A stretch of 64,000 nt of DNA from Isurus oxyrinchus (Eukaryota). Positions 38,010-49,164 of the stretch are shown here, piece after piece. Under the pieces are notes generated by a model that saw only the letters and a list, made by a program, of their open reading frames with translations, did no database searches and was not told the origin of the DNA. How positions within the stretch are numbered: position 1 is the first letter of the stretch; every line of letters starts with the position of its first letter. The translations under genes and the position numbers were made by a program. Where the stretch lies: contig JANJGN010000039.1 of assembly GCA_026770705.1 (NCBI GenBank), positions 6,448,001-6,512,000 on the forward strand. Reading direction: 5' to 3'.

Positions 38010-38310
38010 TTGGCTTAATACTGGAGAGTGGGCCATGCATATTTCAAGAGTAATGCACACTGATTGAAGGTGAGCTGCATTCTTGAACTGCTGCAGTGCA
38101 TGTGGTGTAGCTACACCTACAGTACTGTTAGGGAGGGAGTTCGAGGATCTTCACCCAGCGACAGTGAAGAGACGTTGATGTGATTCCAAGACAGGGTGGT
38201 GAGTGTCTTGGAGGGGACCTTACAAGTGTTCCTGGTAGCGTTCATGGGTTCGGAATGTGTTCCCTAGGAAGGCTTGATGAGTTCCTGCCGTGCATCCTTT
38301 AGATGTTTAG
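38010..38310 (-). mobile_element. Second LINE family 3' fragment, close to the exon 2 acceptor
   Basis: TTCTTGAACTGCTGCAGTGCATGTGGTGTAG..GGGAGGGAGTTCGAGGATCTTCACCCAGCGACAGTGAAG is the reverse complement of the family 3' end. Confidence 0.75.
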
Positions 38311-38640
38311 GGGGTGGATGCACTGAATGTTCGTGGACTGCTGTTTGTTTAGAACGTGTCTCAGTTGATGGGACTTTGGATTCTGAGGTAACAGATGGCG
38401 CCTGGTTGGTAACTTTAATACAATTACAAGTCTAAAATGTTGAAACAAGAGTCGAGGAATGAAGGAGTTTGACGGCTTGGGTGTTTTCTTCATCTGGAGG
38501 GTGTTTCGTAGAAAGGGAATGAGGAATGCATTGAAGGGGCTCAAATGAGGAATGTTGCTGTTTCTGGTTTCGCAGTCATACCATGATTTCATTCTTGGTG
38601 AATGCTATTGCTGACACCAGTTATCCTCTCTTTATTACAG

Positions 38641-39518
38641 CCAATATACTCACAGTCCTGGTCCTCCATTTCAGGGACTGTGGTCTCTCCAAGGGCACCA
38701 CCATCTATTTGCTGGCAATGGGCATGGCCGACCTGCTGGTCCTCATAATCTACGTCCTGATCACTCGCATTCTCGTTCCTGTGTTTCCAGAAGTGTTTTA
38801 CAGATATACCTTGGCCTGTCGTCTCAACCTGATCGGGATTTCTGCCGTGATCGACTGCTCAGTCTGGCTCACGGTTGCCTTCACTTTCGATCGCTTTGTG
38901 ATCATATGCTGTCAGTGGTTTAGAAGATTGTACTGCACCCCCAGATCCGCCGCTCTGCTAGTTGGGCTGATTTACCTCCTGTCTTATTCCAGGAATATAC
39001 CGTATTACTTCACAGTCCTTCCCGTGTCTGCAAACATTACCCCGCAGATGGGATGCCGGAACAATCCCTACATCTACTCAGCAGCGGCCTGGAGATCCTT
39101 CTATTGGATCCATACTATTTTAACCCCCTTATTTCCTTATATCATGGTGTCTTTGCTCAACCTTTTGACAGTCAAGCACATTCTGAGGGCCAGTCGTGTC
39201 CGCCAGGGTTTTAAGATGGAGGGGTGGTGCGACCCCGAGATGCAGGGTCGGAGAAGAGCCATGGTCTTGCTCTTCAGTGCCTCATCCATTTTCATCCTGC
39301 TGTGGATGTCAACGGTGGGGATCTTCATTTTCTCACGGATCACTGACCAATTCAGTTACAGGTGTTTCAGCGACCCATTCTTTGTCATGAATGAAATCGG
39401 CCGCATGCTCAGGGTACTGAATTGTGCGACGAGCACCTGTATGTACGCTCTTACCCAGTCCAAGTTCAGGACAGAGCTAAGGAGAGCGGTCCAACGTGGC
39501 ATCAGTCTCATCAAATAA
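38641..39518 (+). CDS. GPR139-like: GPR139/GPR142-like class A GPCR (paralogue 2, intact), coding exon 2; spliced CDS 948 nt = 315 aa
   Basis: Acceptor tcctctctttattacag|CC joins exon 1 in frame (GIP|ANILTVLVL, cf. GPR139 GLPANILTVIIL). Open to TAA 39516-39518 with seven hydrophobic segments: YLLAMGMADLLVL, DCSVWLTVAFTFDRF, IPYYF, WIHTILTPLFP, SSIFILLW, LNCATSTCMY and helix 8 SKFR. Confidence 0.93.
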
Positions 39519-40769
39519 CGTCTTGCCTATGTGACGATATGAACTTGGGGGCAAGTGATCAGGATGTCAACCTACCCTGTTAAATCAGCTTAATCAATTT
39601 GTAATTAATAGCAAACTCATTGCAACATTAATAAGCCTCTTATTTCAATCCGACACTGTCTCTAAAGTCCAGAGTGAGTCTATGATGTCTCTTCATTGCT
39701 CTTTATATTCCACCATTTGTATCTTATTGAACTAGCAAGTTTGTTGACCTTTCTGATTTTGTTTTTTTTTCAATTCCTGATTTCCACTTTTTATTTAAAG
39801 CCACACTTTTTATTCAATTTACCAAATCAACGTTATGGTGCTCTGGCCTCGCACCTATGTCTCGGGCTTTATTTTAGTGTATGTTGTTGTTTCTGATTGG
39901 GGCATGCAGGTTGAAATTTCACATGGAGTTCAAAGATGTTTCTATAATTCTTTCCAGCGGATCTTTCGCCTTGTCCATGCTTCATTACACAATACTCGAT
40001 CTAAACTGGATTATATCAGAAGGGCAGTATTCCATTACCTTTCACTTTCTCTTTAGATTTCTCAATATCTGTTAAACTGAAACACCCCTTCCTCCAACCC
40101 CACGTCTTGTTACATGCGGAACAGCTAGGTCCTGGAAGATGTCATGCAAAAAGTCTACAAATCTGTCTCCTATGTCCCATTGGCACGGATTCTGTCCAGG
40201 TTTACATGAAGATTGAAGCCCCCAAATTTGTGAATTGTCTCTTCAACAATCTCCAGCAATGACTTGCTTTATGCCCTTTGCAATGTTATAACCGCTGTTG
40301 GCGGGGGGTGGGGAAGGGTGCATATAAAGTAGTCCCTCCGGCCTTACATTACACTCGCGGTTGCAAACTTCCAACAATTGCGAACCTGATTCTACCTTGG
40401 TCAAAGCCTTCTGCTATTTTTTTAAGTTGGGGAAAAAAATCACCAAAACTTTTCAGCAACCAGGCAGAACAATGGAAGAGGTGAAAGAAAGTGATTCAGC
40501 ATCTAACCTAAATGGCAAATCCACCATTGGCGTTTGCAAAATAGGCTCGAATATTTTCTGAGTAAAAGTGAAGCTTTTCGTCTTGCACTCATCAGGAAAG
40601 ATGGAAGAATGCCAAAGTTCAAAGGGAACAGCAATGTAACCTGCACGGGAAAAGTGTGCTAATTCTATAGAAAGTGGGCTTTGACGTGCCAAGGTTTTTT
40701 TTTTTACCTTGGAGAATGCATCAGGGAATAGTTCCCCTAATCCGAAGGATTTTGCTTAAATTAAAAATA

Positions 40770-41085
40770 TACAAGTCAAATCTGCTTCGTGGTTGCGTTG
40801 CCAGGGTGTGATTGTCCATTATGTTTTTCTTTAGTTGAGTACAGCACAACGCCTGTGCATGAAAGATTGATGATGACCATGGGACATCGCCAATTTTCGT
40901 AAAACTCATCCGGTTCACCGCTGTTCGCCAGGTAAGGAACTCTGACATCCTTATCTGGTGTGGCTGACATGAGACTCCAGGCCCACAGAAATGTTATTGC
41001 CTCTGAACTAACACCTGAACAAGGGCAATTATGGATAAGCAATAAATGCTGGGCGAACCAGTGACGCCCAGACATTGGATAAAAC
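40770..41085 (+). mobile_element. SINE, same family as 21125-21725
   Basis: GATGATGACCATGGG..AAAACTCATCCGGTTCACC..ACATGAGACTCCAGGCCCACAGAAATG and tail GGGCAATTATGGATAAGCAATAAATGCTGGGCGAACCAGTGACGCCCA. Confidence 0.7.
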
Positions 41086-41414
41086 ATTTGTGCATTCGTT
41101 CTGTTTCATAGGACAGGTACGTGCTTATAAATATATTTGCTTCCAGAATGCATAAGTGCGCCAAACTGCGAGACCGCTCAGCAATATTAAAGTGCTCTTT
41201 ACTGTAATTCTTAGCACACTTTGGAATGTTCTCAAAGTTATTTTCAATCTCTTAATCACACATAATGCTTGTAAGACTGCACGGAGTTTTGCAATCTCAG
41301 GCTAGTTGAGTATCCTGCAACTTTGAGATTGACTTCATGTGATCTTTCAGAGTCCAGCCATGTCACGTAGACGAGCGTTTGACTATAGGAGTCTTTTGTT
41401 ATACGACCATAAGA

Positions 41415-42325
41415 CGATAAAACATAAGAGCAACAATTTGGCCTTTTGACCCATTGAGTCTGCTCTGCAAATTGAATCATGGCTGATAAGTTTCTCAACT
41501 CCATTCTCCTGCCTTCACCCCATCACCTTTGATTCCCATAACAATCGAGAACCTATCTCTCTCGGTCTTAAGTTTCTCCTCATCTCTGTTCTTAGAGGTC
41601 TTCCCTTTACTCTGAGGCTGTGCCATTAGGTCCTACTCTCTCCTACTAATCGAAACATCTTCCTCACGTCCACTCTGTCCAGGCCTTTCAGTATTCTGTA
41701 ACTTTCAATCAGATGCCCCCTCAGCTTTTAAACTCCATCGAGTACAGAGCCAGAGTCCTCAAACATTCCTCATATGTTAAGCCGTTCATTCCTTGGATCG
41801 TTCTCGTGAACGTCCTCTGAACCCTCTGCAGGGCCAGAACATCCTTCCTGAGATACGGGGCCAAAAAGTGCTCACAATATTCTAAATGTGGTCTGACCAG
41901 AGCCTTATAAAGCCTCAGCAGCACATCTCTAATTCTATATTCTAGTCCTCTAGAAATAAATGCCAACATTGCATTTGCCTTCCTAAATACCGACTCAACC
42001 TGCAAGTCAACCTTAAGAGAATCCTGAACTAGAACCACAAAGGCCCTTTGCAGACAAGATTTCTGAATTCTCTCCCTATTTAGAAAATAGTCTATGCCTC
42101 TATTCTTAGTACCAAATTGCATGAACTAACATTTCCCCGCCTTGTATTCCAACTGCAACTTCTTTGCCCATTTTCCTAACCTGTCCAAATCCTTCTGCAG
42201 CCTCCCCGCTTCTTCAATACTACCTGTCCCTCCACCTATCTTCGTATTATGTACAAACTTAGTCATGATGCCCTCAGTTCCTTCATCTAGATCATTATTG
42301 TATAAAGTGAAACGTTGTAGTCCCA
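41415..42325 (-). mobile_element. CR1 LINE, 5'-truncated, relatively well preserved
   Basis: YNNDLDEG..TKIGG..LQKDLDRLGKWAKK and KANAMLAFISRGLEY..LYKALVRPHLEYC..LQRVQRTFTR. Confidence 0.92.
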
Positions 42326-42629
42326 TGTAAACGATAAGTCAAAACGCGTGGTTATGGCCATCACAACCTTCCATATCTGTCATAGTTGCAAAAATAGACA
42401 TGTATAACTCGCACTCCAATCCAGTATGAATGCTTTGCTTGAAGCTCAATGAATGGGCCTCAGGAAGTGCATCCCATATTCTAATCATCACCAGCAATAG
42501 TGTTTTGATTTTCTTTTGGCGTATATGTTTTGCTACTTTTTTGCAGTTGCTTTAAATCTGCCACCAATCATTCTCGATCACTTCGTGAATTGGAACATTA
42601 ACTGCATAACTATTGTGCAGAGACTCCTC

Positions 42630-45600
42630 ATGATTTTGAATACCTCTATCAAACCTCCTCTCAGCCTTCACCTCGCCACGGAAAACGTTCCCAAATTCTC
42701 CAATCTATCTTGATCACTGATGTTCCTCATCCCTGAACCCATTTCTGTACTGGAATATTTTCCACACTCTCTCCAGTTTCTTCACACTCTTCGGTAAAGT
42801 GTGGCATGCAGAACTGACCGCAATACTCCAACTAACGCTGAACTGGTAACTGATAAATAAATGATCAAAAACTCCTTGTTCTGTACCATATGGCACTGTT
42901 AATAAAGCCGACGAGTCTGCTTGCTTTATTAACAGCTCCAGCAACCTGTCCTGCCACCTTTAATGAAGCCATTCACACAGGCACACAGGTCCCTTTTATC
43001 CTGCGCTCCTCATATTTGTACCCTTTTTCTTATGCTGCCCATCCACGTTCATCCTGCAAACATAAAACACTTCACATGTCTTCACATTTAACTTAATCTG
43101 CTACCTGTCTGCCCAGTGCACCACCTTGCATATGCTCTTCCCAAATTCTACACGATCCTCCACAAACACCACAGTGCTTCCAAGTTTTTTTACTTCCATG
43201 GTTCTGAGATCTTGCTCTGTGCCCCAAGGCTTTAGTCACAAATATATATATATAGCAGCAAATGGAAGCCTCCCGACACAGACACATGGACAAGTCCACT
43301 GCAATTCTTCCTGCAGCAACTGCATCTGCATCCTATCCCAACATCTACCAAAATAAATTGCATTATCACGAGGACCTGCTTTCTGTCACTTGGCGAATAT
43401 TCCACCAATGTTGTCTTCAATTCCATTAGCTATAACTTTGTTCAGAATTATGTTGTGTGTCATTCTACCCAATGTATTAGGAAGTCTCTTCGACCAGATC
43501 AACAGCATTACACGTGTCAACCCGCTCTGGTGCTACTCCTTCCAGGAACTCGAGCAAATTGGTTAATCAGGATTTATCCTTAGGAAAGACACACATGGTT
43601 TTCTTCATTAACTCACCTTTGTCATTGAAAATAATGCTTCGCCCAGAATTATTGTTTCTAGATGTTTGCTCAATGTCGAAGTTATATTAGCAATTGCTGG
43701 GCTCACCTTTACACCCATCGTTGTCCAGTTTTCCAGCCCTGTAGTCCCATCTCTGAGTCTAAGACAGAGAAATAAAAATAATGTTGTTGCACCAACAATA
43801 TCTGCTCTAACTTTCCGCGGTTTCCTTGAGCGTATCACATTCGATCCCGGTACATTATCACATTTAATTACAGGCAGCCTTTCCAATACCTGCTCCTTAC
43901 CATTTGTAAACCGTTCTAGTGTCTGAATGACCTACTTGTTCAGTGTGGCCTGTCTTGAATCGTGTTCCTTGATGAAGGTATTTGTAAATGTCCATTCAAT
44001 ACCTTGGCTATGCCCCCTCCTCGCGATGTATAAACTCCCCTTTCTGTCCCGAATCAGCTATTCGTCCTCTTACCTGTAACTTATTATGTAAAAAAAAATA
44101 TCAAGGGCTTTGACCATCCTCTTTCTGTTGGCTGATTTTTTTTGCTGTTCACGTTGCCTCTTTGCCTCAATTATTTCCTTTCTCCCCTCTCCTCTGAACA
44201 TTCGATATTCATCCCGGTTTGCAATTGTATATTCTGCCTGACATTGGTCATAATACAATTTATTATTCTTTATCATAATCTACTTCTAATTTGTTATCCA
44301 GGAGCTTTGGAATTATTTCCCTAACTTTCCCTTTAGAAGCACCTTGACTGTAGCTCAACTCTCTCTCCTTTGAAGGTGGCCCATTGTTCAGCTGCAGGTT
44401 TCCCTGCCAACCTGTGACTCCAGTTTGTTCGGATCAGATCAGTTCTTACACCATTGATGGCTGTGCTCCTCAGTTAATTATTTTTACTTTGGATTATGCC
44501 ACCACGTTTTAAATTGTCTGAATAAATTTTATGATATAATGACAACTACCCCTTTAAATGTCCTCCCACTGTCTGTTAATCCACTTGGCCCCTCTCTTTC
44601 CCAAGAACCCAACTAAAGATGTCAATAATCTCGTTTGGCTGGAGTGATACTATCACAGAATAAGTTCCTGAATTCAATGAGGGGACCCTTGCCTCTCTTT
44701 ACACTATAACTTTCGCGGACGTGATTAACAAAATTGAATTCCACCATTACAGTTGATCAATTATTTCCATCTCTCTGCAACTTACTTGTGATTTTTACCC
44801 CCTGCATCCTTTCCACTAGCTGTTGGCATATATACTACACAGAACAACGTAATTTCAGTTTATTTAATTCCTCTATTCTAACCAGTTAGATTCTGCCATT
44901 GAGTCCCCGGAATACCATCTTTCCCCTCCACAGCCTAGCCCTGCTTCATCAATGTTGCCATCCTCCCCCCTTTTTATTCCTTTCTTTTTATTTTTCAGAA
45001 CTCCGTGATTCATGAAAAATTAGAACCAATGCTTTGTCCTTCCTTGATCCGGATCTGTGTTATGGTCACAACATCACATCCCCACGTTCCAATCTGCGCC
45101 TGTAACTCACTATTCGCATTTATCACATGCTGGCATTCACATGTCTGCACAGTAACACTGATTTTGATTTTGTTGCTTTGACCTTGCACTAACCCAATTA
45201 TTAACTTGCTGTTCAACTGCTATCTGCCTGTCCTATTATTCTGTGCACCTCTGCGCTCCGCTCTGAAATATATCTTAATTCCTGCACTACTGTCAATGAA
45301 TCTTAACCGCCCCACCCCCACACACCCACCACCCCCCAGGATATCATTAACCAGACTCCGTGCACAGAAGTCTGTCATTGCTCTGTTAGGCGTAACCTAC
45401 CCAGCACCTACAGTCCCACTCTCTCCATAGCAGTTCCCAATATCCCAATAATGCAATATCTCCCTCCTGCGCCATTTTCCAGACATGGATGTATCTCTTT
45501 GATCCTGCTGGCTCTACTCTCCCTTTCACGTGGTACATGGGAATAAAACTTTTGAGGCCCTGTTTGCTAATTTCTACCCTAGCCCACTAAATTCTGATGG

Positions 45601-46000
45601 CAGTGCGCAAACGTCTTTCTGCCTATTTCATCCATATCATCATGTCTGATGATTGCTGTTTTTTCGCTTTACAACTATTACACAACTCAAACTCAAACCC
45701 AAACCCTCTCCGGGTCCTCTGTCCTCGCTCTTTGAAGTTGGAATTGCCTTCCTGCTTCTACTTCTCTGCCTGGTGGCCATCCATCCCGTCTCTTTCTGAA
45801 TACCCTTAAACTGGGGTGTTGCCTCACCTATAAACATCAGCCATGAAGCAGACAACTTCAGGGGTGCAACACTGTGATGCCAGCTGCTGCTGATGTTCAG
45901 AAACACAAAGGTGCAGCTACTGCAACTGAAGCACTTCCTGCACAAAAAGGAAATGGGAAGCATCCTGGAGTTCCCACATTACACTTGCCGTGCACTCCAG
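42630..46000 (-). mobile_element. Long, heavily decayed CR1 LINE (ORF1/endonuclease/RT remnants)
   Basis: Minus-strand remnants: ELQAQIGTWGCDVVTITQ (endonuclease start), KLERVWKIF (RT C-terminus) and LETIILGE. Many indels. Confidence 0.65.
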
Positions 46001-46789
46001 ATGTTTCAGCAGCCCTGTTATTTGTTAATGAGTGAGTCAATCACCTTGCGACTATCATATATCATTAATATTGCTAGCAAAACTTTACCAATGCTTTAAA
46101 AGCTTAGAACTAATAACAATCGTTCCCAATTGAAATAGACCTTACTAATATGCATTAACACTATTCATAAATCAGACACCTTGAAAGTAGCAATTAATCA
46201 TATTTAATAAACACGAAAAACATAAGGCTCAGCGGTTTATTCTCTAGTTTGGATAAAATAAAGAGCTAATTTTCCATCAACTAATCAGCTGCCTGCATCC
46301 CAGTGAGAAAACAGCTGGACATTTCCTTCAAGAGGCGGACTTTGAAACCACAGCCTGAATTGATTTGCTCCCTTGTTTCTCCCTCGTCTGTCATATTACC
46401 TCTCTTCACTTTAATCCCTGCCTTGTATCTGAAGTCCTCAGTTCTCCGTTTTGCTTGCTCTTTTCAGCCCCAGGTATCTCCAAGTCATCTCTCTCTTTCT
46501 CTTTCTCTTTCACCCCACTCTCTCTCGATGTATTATTTGTTCCCCTTTAACCCGTGTTCTACATAGCTGCACAGTTGCACTCTTTCGTATACTGATAGTA
46601 TTATTTCATACAGGGGAGCAGATGCGCACCCCGAGCGTATCAGGCGAATTAATGTACTAGTTTGATGAGTGACCTCTGCTTTGTACAAAATATCGAAAAA
46701 TGCAATGGAAGTCCCAGAGAGAAAAAAACGTTCAAAACTCCCTTTCCACCTCATATTTCGTTTTCATTTAATTTATCTACGTGATGAAG

Positions 46790-47350
46790 GCTTCGCTGGT
46801 GAGGTCAGAATTCATTGCACACCCGTCACTCTCCATTAGAATGCGTTGATGAGCAGCCTGCTTGAAGAGCTGCAGTAGCTCTGGTGTACATACACACACA
46901 GAGCTCTTTGGAATTGATTTCTAAGATTATGACCCAACGACAGTGAAGGAACAGCAATATATATTCCATGTCGGGATGGTGGGTGGCTTGGAGGGCAACA
47001 TACAAGGTGGCAGTGTTCCCAAATATCTGCTGCCCTTTTCTTTTTAGATGGTAGTGGTCGTGGGTTTGTAAGGTGCTGTCGAGAAAGCCTTGGTGAGTTT
47101 CTGCAGTGCATCTGGCAGATGGCACACACTGCTGCTACTGTGCGTCTGAGATGCAGGGAGTGAATGTTTGTGGACGTGGTGCCAATCAAATGGGCTGCTT
47201 TGTCCTGGACGGTGTCAAACTTCTTGAGTGATGTGGGAGCTGCACTCATCCAGCTAAGTAGACTTTTGTCCTCATGCTCCTGAGTTGCGCCTTTTAGGTA
47301 GTGTATAAGCTTGGTGGAGCCTGAAGGTGAGTTACTCGTTACAGAATTCC
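46790..47350 (-). mobile_element. Second LINE family (CR1-Zenon-like) 3' fragment
   Basis: MSAAPTSLKKFDTVQDKAAHLIGTTSTNIHSLHLRRTVAAVCAICQMHCRNSPRL, the best-preserved copy of the family C-terminus. Confidence 0.85.
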
Positions 47351-48139
47351 GACCACCGGAACTTGGATAAGCCTTTACTTATTAAGAAACTATCCGAATT
47401 CTCTGAATTGCACCGATTATTTGCAACATTGATTAGCCCCTTATTTCAGTCCAGTGCAACCTCTAATGTCCTGCGTGAACAAAGGGTGGGTTTTGGCTTT
47501 GTTTTTGTTTTTTGTTTGTTTGTTTGTTTTTGAACGGAGTGTATTTTTGTTGAGTTTAATTTCCTGAAATGATTTGTACTTTTCATGTCAGGCTGAACAT
47601 TTTAATTAATTTACCAATTCAAGATTGCCCAGTTCTCCTCTCACACCCATGTCCCTGGTTTTGTTAAGTGCACGATTTCCTGTTTTTGAAAGGGGCATTG
47701 TAGTTGAAGCTTAATAAGGGTTTCATTGCTCTTATGACTTTATTTGCCAGTGGATCTTTTAAGTTAACTCCGCTTCATTGCACAAAGCAGATCTAAAATA
47801 TATTTTAACAGTAAGAGCATATTCTCATCCCTCTCCATTTCTCCGTAGATTTCTAAATTCCTGTTCACTTGTTAAACTGCCCTAACCACCACGTGCACCC
47901 CCTCCCAATTCCCACCTTTCCCTCGCCATGTTATTGGCTGAACACCTTCGTTCAGGAAGCTGTCAGAGAAAAAATCTGCAACTCTCTCTCTCATTCAGTT
48001 CTTGTCAATGCTTATTGTCCCATTTTAGAAGAAGATTGGCTTCATACTAAATCGTTAACTGTCTTTGCAACAATCTCCAACAATGTCCTTTTTAACACTC
48101 TTTCTAAAGTTATAATCATTGTTCCAGGCCCTACACAGT

Positions 48140-49000
48140 ACTCCTAGCAGCATTTTCAGGCTCTTGTTATAAAAAAATTCCACTAATCTTGATTCTTATT
48201 CATGTCCTTCTGATGTCAGACACTTTCGCTCTAAGAAACGTACAGCATAATTTACATTTGGAGCTATTCCTCCTCCTTTGCTCTTCTGTCTTTCCTAAAT
48301 AATGGGCAACCTGGAAATATGCATTTCCCAGCCTCCACCTTGCCCCTTCCAGTCCCATTCTGCTTCGGTTTACGTGCGTCCCGCAACATTCCATTCCTTT
48401 GGGATTTCTCTTATAATCCGGAAATCTCTCTTCACCCAGAACCCAGCTCCCTCCCTCTTTTCGCTCCTGGCCTTGTCCATAGCCCCAGATAGACGATTGG
48501 CCCGATTTAAATTGGCCACAGCCCGGTTAAAATCTAGCCCACCCAACATAATAGATACCTCTCCCCTGAGCACCTGTGCCCTGGTGCTATTAATCAAATA
48601 CCCATTCTTACCCCATCACACGTTGGGCCACGCATTTCACGTTCTAATCTGCTGATTAACACTATTTTCGTGAATAACCTTGTTCTTCTGCGTTTTGATG
48701 TGGGCCCAAACTCTCAAACGTTCTCAGTTGAACAAGATTCTTGCATCAACCTATCTTGTTTGCACTTGGGCCACATCTGCTGCATCTCCCCCATCCCATT
48801 CCAACCTCTTCTCCAGTTGTGAGGAGATGTTCTTAAATCTGGCACCAAGCAGGCAATATATCTTGCACAGCTTTCGGCCATATCTTCTGTCACATACCAT
48901 CCCCATTCAATGCTGGCAGGGTCACTTCGCTCATCCACCCTGAGTCGTTATTCTCATCTGCAAAGTTAAAAGTCATCTCGTACCTCTCAGGTAAATTGTG
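48140..49000 (-). mobile_element. Possible L1/Tx1-like LINE remnant
   Basis: IMLGGLDFN resembles the AP-endonuclease (I/L)xGGDFN motif. The rest is too decayed to assign. Confidence 0.3.
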
Positions 49001-49164
49001 GACACAAGGCTTCTCCACCTCTACCTGCTGGGTTACCATACATACCGGTCTCGCTGACCGGTTCTATCCTACATTCTTATTGAACAGAAGTGGCAACCCC
49101 ACACTCCCAGTGTAAATATTATATTGTTCATCGCTTCTGCAGTTTGCTTGGTGAATCCCACCTC

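Noticed and set aside
38583-38640. ATG at 38583 as the start of a single-exon 311-aa GPCR
   Set aside because: This stretch is the intron's polypyrimidine tract and acceptor and lacks the first half of TM1, which exon 1 at 33053 supplies.
33053-39518. Calling the intact gene the true GPR139 or GPR142 orthologue
   Set aside because: Similarity is limited to motifs. Loops, Cys pattern, DRF and C-tail match the neighbouring paralogues rather than the highly conserved GPR139.
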